Assembly (NCBI RefSeq): GCF_009914755.1
Contig: NC_060927.1
Reading direction: 5' to 3' (one strand)
Length of the DNA stretch: 64,000 bases
From: the human T2T-CHM13v2.0 reference genome, Homo sapiens
Shown: piece by piece, positions 57,286 through 64,000 of the stretch
Layout: each line of letters begins with the position of its first letter
Numbering within the stretch: position 1 is the stretch's first letter
The notes under the pieces: model-generated
The model's input: the letters and a program-made list of their open reading frames with translations, nothing else
The model's database searches: none
What the model was told of the DNA's origin: nothing
Translations under genes and position numbers: made by a program

Positions 57286-58679
57286 AATTCACTAATACAC
57301 AGTTAGGAAAACAAATTCAGTCACACTGCTTCTCCCATTTGTTTCTTTAATGACTTTCATTTATTCTAGCTGAATACTTTCGGCCTCATGATATGGCAAG
57401 CAAGGCAGGAGGATGTGGCAATGGGTAGACCACCTTATTCTTTACACTAACATAATGTGAACCAGTCACGGGAGTCTGTAACTGGTGAATACTTCATAGT
57501 TTACCTTAGCCATATTTCAAAATTAAAATAAAGGAGAAATAGCTTAGAAAAGTGAAGTGACCAGTTTAAGATCAAAAGCTGGTAAATTAAAGAGTAGAAA
57601 AGACAATGCATGTCTCTTGACTGTTAATCCTCTGATGTATTTCTTTAAGTCTTACTATGTTGGGTTTCCTCCTCATATTGAAAGTATTTGAGAATCTCAT
57701 CTGTAATACACTAAGGGCCAGGTGTGGAAGGAAGGGACACAAATCATAAATATGGTGTCTTAGTCAGCAGAGAGATTTAATAAAATCTGCTAAAATTATT
57801 AAAAAGTACTTATCCTATAAGGGCATATTTTTGGATTGTTATAATTATTGAGAGATAGAGTTAATTGACCACAAAGTGACTCCAGCTATTGCTATACATA
57901 TTTTGTCAGAGTCAGAAGGTGATGGTCCCTTTAGAAAAATAAGATGCTGATGATTGCCATTTACACATAGAAATACAAATTATCACTATTCAAAATATGA
58001 AAAAGATAAAATCCTTAGACTGTACCAAAATAAATGTTTTTTATAACTTCCAATAGCAAAAACTTCAGAGTGTCTCTCTATAAAATTACGGAGTATTTTC
58101 TTCTTCCATAGGTAGTTTCTACATATATATCAATATTGCATGATTGCAAATATTTAGATATAAAAATTCCCGTAAAGCCAACATTGCAATTTTGTTTTTA
58201 AAGCCATGTCTATTTTACTGCTCTTAAATGAATTACAAATGTTTAATTGCAGCTTGGACCAAATGACTCTGTGTTGAAAGCAGCATATAATTAAAGTTCT
58301 AAAATTGTTTTTCCTCATGTAATGCACGATGATATCTCAAATAACAGATCCTCTGAGGATAAAGTTGGACTTGGAATCTGGCCACGCCAGTGTTGAATTG
58401 GAAGCAGTGACGGATGAAGAGGAGGATGCAGTAGAATAATTTTAAATATATATATATATTTTTGTAGGAGTGTCAGAGCTTGAGCTGACATAAGACAAGA
58501 ACCACATTCCCCTCTGCTCCAATTTTAAGATTCTGTTACTTGTAAATGGAGGAGTTGCCTGTCACCTTTGCACTGGCAAATATAGATTCTGTGCTACTGG
58601 GCAAAGAATCAGTTAAGGATAGGCAGGAATGACTTCTGTAAGAGCAAAGTGTTGAAAGTTAACTTGATCGAGGGGGAAT

Positions 58680-58945
58680 AAATGATAATAGAAATAGCTC
58701 CCTCTTTTGAATATATACCTTGTGTCAAGCACTATGAGATAAGGTTGTTTATTTTTCTTAGTAAACTTTTGTGGATGCCATTATTTTCTCCCATTTTCTT
58801 ATAAATTCAGAAAAATTCACTGAGGTTAAATAAGTTGTCTGAGCTTATACAACTATGAAATAAGTAACTGTGAAATAAGTAAGCTGGAAATCTACCCTAG
58901 ATCTGTGCACTTTAAGAGCGCTTGCTTTTTTCTTTATACTATATG
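58680..58945 (-). mobile_element. MIR
   Basis: tgtgtcaagcact...attattttctcccatttt...gaggttaaataagttgtct. Confidence 0.6.
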
Positions 58946-59874
58946 CTATAGGGTGTTAAGACCTAGAGTATATTATTAAGCTACCATATTATTTTTACTC
59001 AGTAATTTTCTCAAACTGAAGGGTGTCATTGTAATATAATCTTTAATAATGATTTTTCTGAGTCTTCAATATAGTACATTTTCATACATATTTCACTTAT
59101 CTTCCAACCCTGAAGTTTAGTTATATTCACTATTGGGATGGCTATAACCTTCCCCTAAGACCAAAGACCTTGGTGAGTTAAATACGATCCTTTATGTCTT
59201 ATATACTTTAGAAAGAAAAATAACCTTTTGTCCTCCCAGGTTTAAAATCTGCTTTTATACTTACAAATGGAAGCCTTTAGAAACTTTCTGTCTTCAGATA
59301 TGTGGTACAAAGTGAGAAACCCCTGGTCATTCCTGCCATGTTGTGTCTCTCCACAGGCTTCTGTAATCCCCATAACCTGATATCTTATCATTGCTGCTTC
59401 TTTCCCTCACCTGATGCTTCTAGGCATTTTCTAACAAGGATAGATGCACTTTATCTCATGCTATTTAAAATCCTTCAGCTATGCCTCATGAGATTCCTAA
59501 TTACCAGCTCCCCTTTTTATGGTTTAAAGCTAAGAAAAAGTTATCCAGAAAAAGCCCACACAGCTAGCAAGATCATATCTGTTACTGACAGAGGTCAAAC
59601 AATCACTGGAAATCTGGATATAACCCTGCCAATTAAGGAAAGGAGATTTATACATGAATATCAGTGGGGTTTAGATAATGACTAAATAGCCAAATCTTAA
59701 AGTCTGTTCAGAAACAAAAAAGAAAAGAAAAGCTTATATGAGATCTTGTCACTTAAGAAGAAAGAAAAAATTTGAGATGAAATACTATTGGTAATGTGGA
59801 GTTACCAAGAACACACTATTCTCATCTTCCAAACCCTTTATTTTATATTATTCTACAGTTGAACCCCAGTGCAG

Positions 59875-60105
59875 GATAATAGGCAGTGTGGGCTAATGCA
59901 AAGAGCCCTTGCCTTGAAGTTTGAAAGTCCTGGGGTTGGGTTGCAGCTTCACCATATATTAACTTTGTGAAATAAATTCCTTATCTTTCTTGAGCCTCAG
60001 TGTGTTATAACAAAAGAGAGACGGTAAACCATGCCTTACCTACCTTACGAGAATTTGTGAAAATAAAAAAATGAGATAATATATAGTAAAAGACTTTGTT
60101 GATTT
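59875..60105 (+). mobile_element. MIR
   Basis: ggcagtgtgg...aaagagc...tgagcctcagt...aaatgagataatatat. Confidence 0.7.
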
Positions 60106-60119
60106 TAAGAAAGTGATTG

Positions 60120-60282
60120 CAGGAGTGACTACATAATTTGCCAGACCCAGTGCAAAATGAAAATTCAGGGCTCTTGTTCAAAGATAAGCAAGAATTTCAA
60201 GATGATGACAGCAGCATAGGATCGTTCTAAGCACAATGCCCTGTGTGACTGCACAGATCATAAGCCCACGAAGCCAGCCCTG
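60120..60282 (-). mobile_element. MER45A-like hAT-Tip100 element
   Basis: cagg...ataatttg...cccagtgcaaaatgaaaat...ccctgtgtgactgcacag...gaagccagccctg. Confidence 0.8.
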
Positions 60283-61487
60283 AGTAGTAATAATTGTAGT
60301 ACAGAATGTCTCTTTTGGCCTCTACTCCTTGTCCTACAGCTGCTACAAAAATTGAGTGTCCACACTTATCACTCTAGTGAGACTGCCTTATTTTTCTGAT
60401 GTCCTGCTTGCTTGCGATACATTTTCTCTTAAAAATGAGTATGTAGGAGTGATACAGACAAATTTGAAGCTAGACTTAGTTAAATTAATACTAAGTGATA
60501 ATATTATCATGACATTTCTGGTACATTAGAGGTTAAGCTTGATCCAGATGGCATCTGTCTAATGATATTAAATCATTGGTAATGGTTAAGTCTTTCCATG
60601 AGGAACTGAATTGGCTTTTGACCCTGAAGGTTTTAGAATACAGCCTATTCTTTGGTTGGGAACTTCCTGTGCTTCTCTCTAGGAGACCAGCTGCCATATT
60701 AGGAGAGAATGTGGTAGTACCTTGAAAAGTTCCAGTTAAGCTTTCTCTCTAAAGATATTGGATCCTTCCACAGGGAAATAATTAGGTATCCATTTGTGCC
60801 CAGAGCTGCCAAGAACACTAATAAAGTCACTGGAAAACAGAAAGTTGTGGTATGGACACAGAAGGAGATAAACAAGAAATGGAAAAAATCCAATAAGTTG
60901 ATCCCCCTACGGGATGGTACAAAATTGTTTACTGCAACCTGAGTTTCTTTCCAGTCTACTTTTTAAATATTATTTCATAAGCTTCTTCTAGGTCAGGATG
61001 TTTTTTTCTTTCCATTCACGTGTTTTTCCTTTCAAGTATTTACAGACCTATTTGGTCCTTCTCAGGAACTTTAAAGACTAACTGTACAAATCTGATGTTT
61101 TTTTCTTACTCCATCAATCAACCATATGTCATCATCGCCATGGCTCATCATGGGACGCTCTCCTCTCTGTCACCTACTCTATGTGATTAAACTGCTCCAA
61201 AGAGGATGAAAAGCTTTTGGTTCTTCAGTTGTAGAGATCTGTGCATATCTCAGAATATTATTTTGAAACTGCCACAAAATGATATTGGCCTCTTTTTTTT
61301 TCCTGCAAAGTTTTATGAAGTAGTATACTTACTGGCTACCAGGCAAGATTAACTAGAAGAGATTGGTCAACAGTCTGAAAATCAGAAAGTTCGAACAAGA
61401 AAACCATGCATTAGATTTTATAATTAAGAGACAAGTCTCATTAACCTCCCAGCTGATCAGCCCAGCCACTCTTGAGGCAAGGTTTCT

Positions 61488-61965
61488 GTGGGTGTGGGAG
61501 TAGTGGAGATGCATCACTGGGATCTCCCTTAAAGAAGGACTGTTCTTTAGCTGTGAAGGATGCTGTTAGCTAACAGCACTCAACTATAGAACTTCAAGAT
61601 CTGCTATGGCCATTGGACCAAGGTCATCATCACCCTAGGCGGCTATCAGCCCATCACTGATCATGGTAGGGATATTAGGGCCTTGCCATTTCTGCCCAAT
61701 GTGTACTCCTCCAATAGGCAGTCTTTTTCCAAAGCACCCTATCAGGTTGGCCTAAGCTTTATCAGACCTGCATCCTATCCTGAATCTTGCCCAGCTCAAT
61801 TCTACTTCCTTCTCTCATCCGTTTCACAGATATCAGGTCTGTTAAGTGGTCTAAAGACTTTTCCTGCTCATTCTGCATCCTCCCTCTTTACCTTTACTTT
61901 TCACAAGAATTATACCAAAAGAATTCATTTAATTCTGAACAGACACAGGAGGAGTTGAAACTGAC
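61488..61965 (+). mobile_element. LTR16A-like ERVL LTR
   Basis: gtggagatgcatcactgggatctccctt...gaaggact...gccatttctgcccaatgtg. Confidence 0.65.
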
Positions 61966-62667
61966 TTAGTGTGGGCACACAGTGGCATCCACTCAATGGA
62001 GCTTCTTTGGTAAAGCTCCACAATGGCCATCTCCATGAAGCCTGTAAAACCCATCAACCTCAACTAGGACCTGGTTTCTGTCATCACCTTCAATCTCAGA
62101 CAAGCATGAAGGTGAAGGATGCAGGATCTGATTTCCTCGGCATTTACTGAAGGAGCAGGTAATACCACCAGACATAAGGAATTAATTGTCCTTGGTGTGA
62201 ACAATGACTAGTGGGGGACAGGAAGCAAGAGGAAACCAGAGAGCAAATGACTCTTTCACCCCTTTCCTCTGGACTGTTTGGAAACACGGTGGCTCTAAAC
62301 ACCTTCCTTGCTTTTGTCTTTCTTTCTTTCTTTTTTCTTTAGAATTATTAGATTTTATTTTTCCCTAGAGCTCTTAAACTTTAGCTTCACCAAGTAACAG
62401 GTCGACTTTCGGAATAACAACTCTTTCCTAGGCTGTATCCCTTTCCAGGAGACAGAATTCATGAAATAACTTGGTTCCAGGATGTTTCCACCCCAGAATT
62501 CTAAACCAGTCACAGAATCATATCTTCTTCGGTCTTGATTAGAATCAAACAATCTATAGACAAATGTAACAGAATCAAAATAGTATATAATGTTTCTTTC
62601 CTTCTCTTGCTCAATACACTTCCCTCTTTTCCCCCAAAGAGTTCGTTACTCAAAGATGTATGAGTAC

Positions 62668-62815
62668 AGTCAGCCCTCCATATCCATGGGTTCTGCATCC
62701 ATGGGTTCAACCAACTGCCAATCAAAAATATCCAGAAAAAATATTCCACAAAGTTCCAAAAAAGCAAAACTTGAATTTGCTGAACACCAAGCACTATGTT
62801 GAATCCATGCAAATG
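62668..62815 (-). mobile_element. MER2-family (Tigger) terminal fragment
   Basis: ta|cagtcagccctccatatccatgggttctgcatccatgggttcaaccaac, TIR next to a TA. Confidence 0.75.
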
Positions 62816-62934
62816 AAATGTGTTCTACACACCTTTCTAAAGCTATCCAGCTAGACAGAGCAATCAATGGAACTTGCTACAAAGCTGTGGCCAGTTCAGT
62901 AACATACTCCCTCCTTTAGTGCCTTTTTTCTTTC

Positions 62935-63242
62935 CTTTTTAAATTATTTTATTTCATTTTATTTTTAGACTTGAGGGTACACGTGCAGGTTTGGTACAAG
63001 GATATATTGCACAATGCTGAGATTTGGGTTTCCAGTGATCTTATCACCCAAATAGTGAACATAGTACCTGATAGGTAGTTTTTCAACCCTTGCCCTTCTA
63101 CTTTCCCTCTCCACTTTTGGAATCCTCAGTGTCTACTGTTCCCATCCTTGAGTCCATAGGTACTCCATGTTTAGCTTCCACTTACAAGTGAGAACCTACA
63201 GTATTTGGTTTTCTGTTTCTGTGTTAATTTGCTTAGGATAAC
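62935..63242 (-). mobile_element. L1PA15/16-like 3' end
   Basis: gggtacacgtgcaggttt...atattgcacaatgctgag...catagtacctgataggtag; TSD agtgccttttttc / agtgcttttttt. Confidence 0.88.
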
Positions 63243-63689
63243 AAGTGCTTTTTTTCCCTTTATCTCTGCTTTGCTGGAATAGCTCTCCTTAATAATGTGT
63301 TAGCAGTAAGGTTTTGACTTAGTCTTTCTAGGGAAATTGGGCTGAGATAGGCATCACTGGATAGTTGCTATTATTATTGGTATTCCCCCTAACCGAGACT
63401 TTTTAAGTTACTACTTTATTCAGACCATCTTGCTATGCAACCCAGCATAACCTCTCTATTTGTTATAAAAGAGCAAATGGCTTATAACATTTTAGAGACA
63501 TTCTAGCAGTTCTAGAAAGAGAAGGATTTAAAGACATCTGTTACCAACTAGCTATATATTTATATAACTGACTCTCAATCTGTTTAGGCATAGGGTGTTA
63601 TATTATGGTTTAGAATTTGTATTAGTAGATTTTGATTGTAATTTTAAGCCTAAATTTTCTATTTTTTATTATATCCACAATATATAATG

Positions 63690-64000
63690 AGAATGAGCAT
63701 CTTAAATGTCTTAGAGTTTGAACATTTTTTGTGGACATTTGTAGGCACTGAAGGTTGCAGAGCAATGAAACGATGTGATCAGAGTATAAAGCTTTGTGGA
63801 GATGAGCCTGGAAGTTGGTGGGATTTGAAACAAAGAGTCAATGTCCAATGTTAAAGGCTATGGACAGCTGGGCACTAGTAGTACAGTAGGCCTCCTTAGA
63901 CATGGGGAGGACCCCAAACAACTCTCTAATTTGGAAGTAAGTAAGAGGAGGGAAGCTGAAAAAATTCGATGAATGCACCCCAAGGATTCTCAGTAATTGT
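63690..64000 (-). mobile_element. Probable L2 fragment
   Basis: Purine-rich degenerate L2 antisense pattern (gtaggcactgaag...gaggagggaagc). Confidence 0.35.

Overview
AT-rich, CpG-poor primate DNA, almost certainly human because it carries an AluYa5 with all five diagnostic bases. It is intergenic or deep-intronic. I found no protein-coding exon, RNA gene, CpG island or CRISPR array that I can support, and the longer ORFs in the track fall inside L1, Alu, MaLR or mariner remnants. Roughly half of the window is interspersed repeat. The main elements are a near-full-length old L1 (about 3.0-10.5 kb) carrying three nested insertions, several 5'-truncated L1s, six Alus, an HSMAR2 mariner, a complete two-LTR MaLR provirus, solo LTRs, MIR/L2 and hAT/Tigger fossils. 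Subfamily names come from recalled consensus sequences, not from a RepeatMasker run, and boundaries of old elements are approximate. I cannot identify the locus, and I see no new gene system. Two direct observations are the most unusual: (1) a 220/221-identical dispersed duplication of the old L1's 5' promoter end, with a complex junction; (2) an ERVK-type solo LTR whose middle contains an inverted copy of the proviral polypurine-tract/U3 junction. There are also smaller template-switch scars and candidate CTCF and STAT sites.
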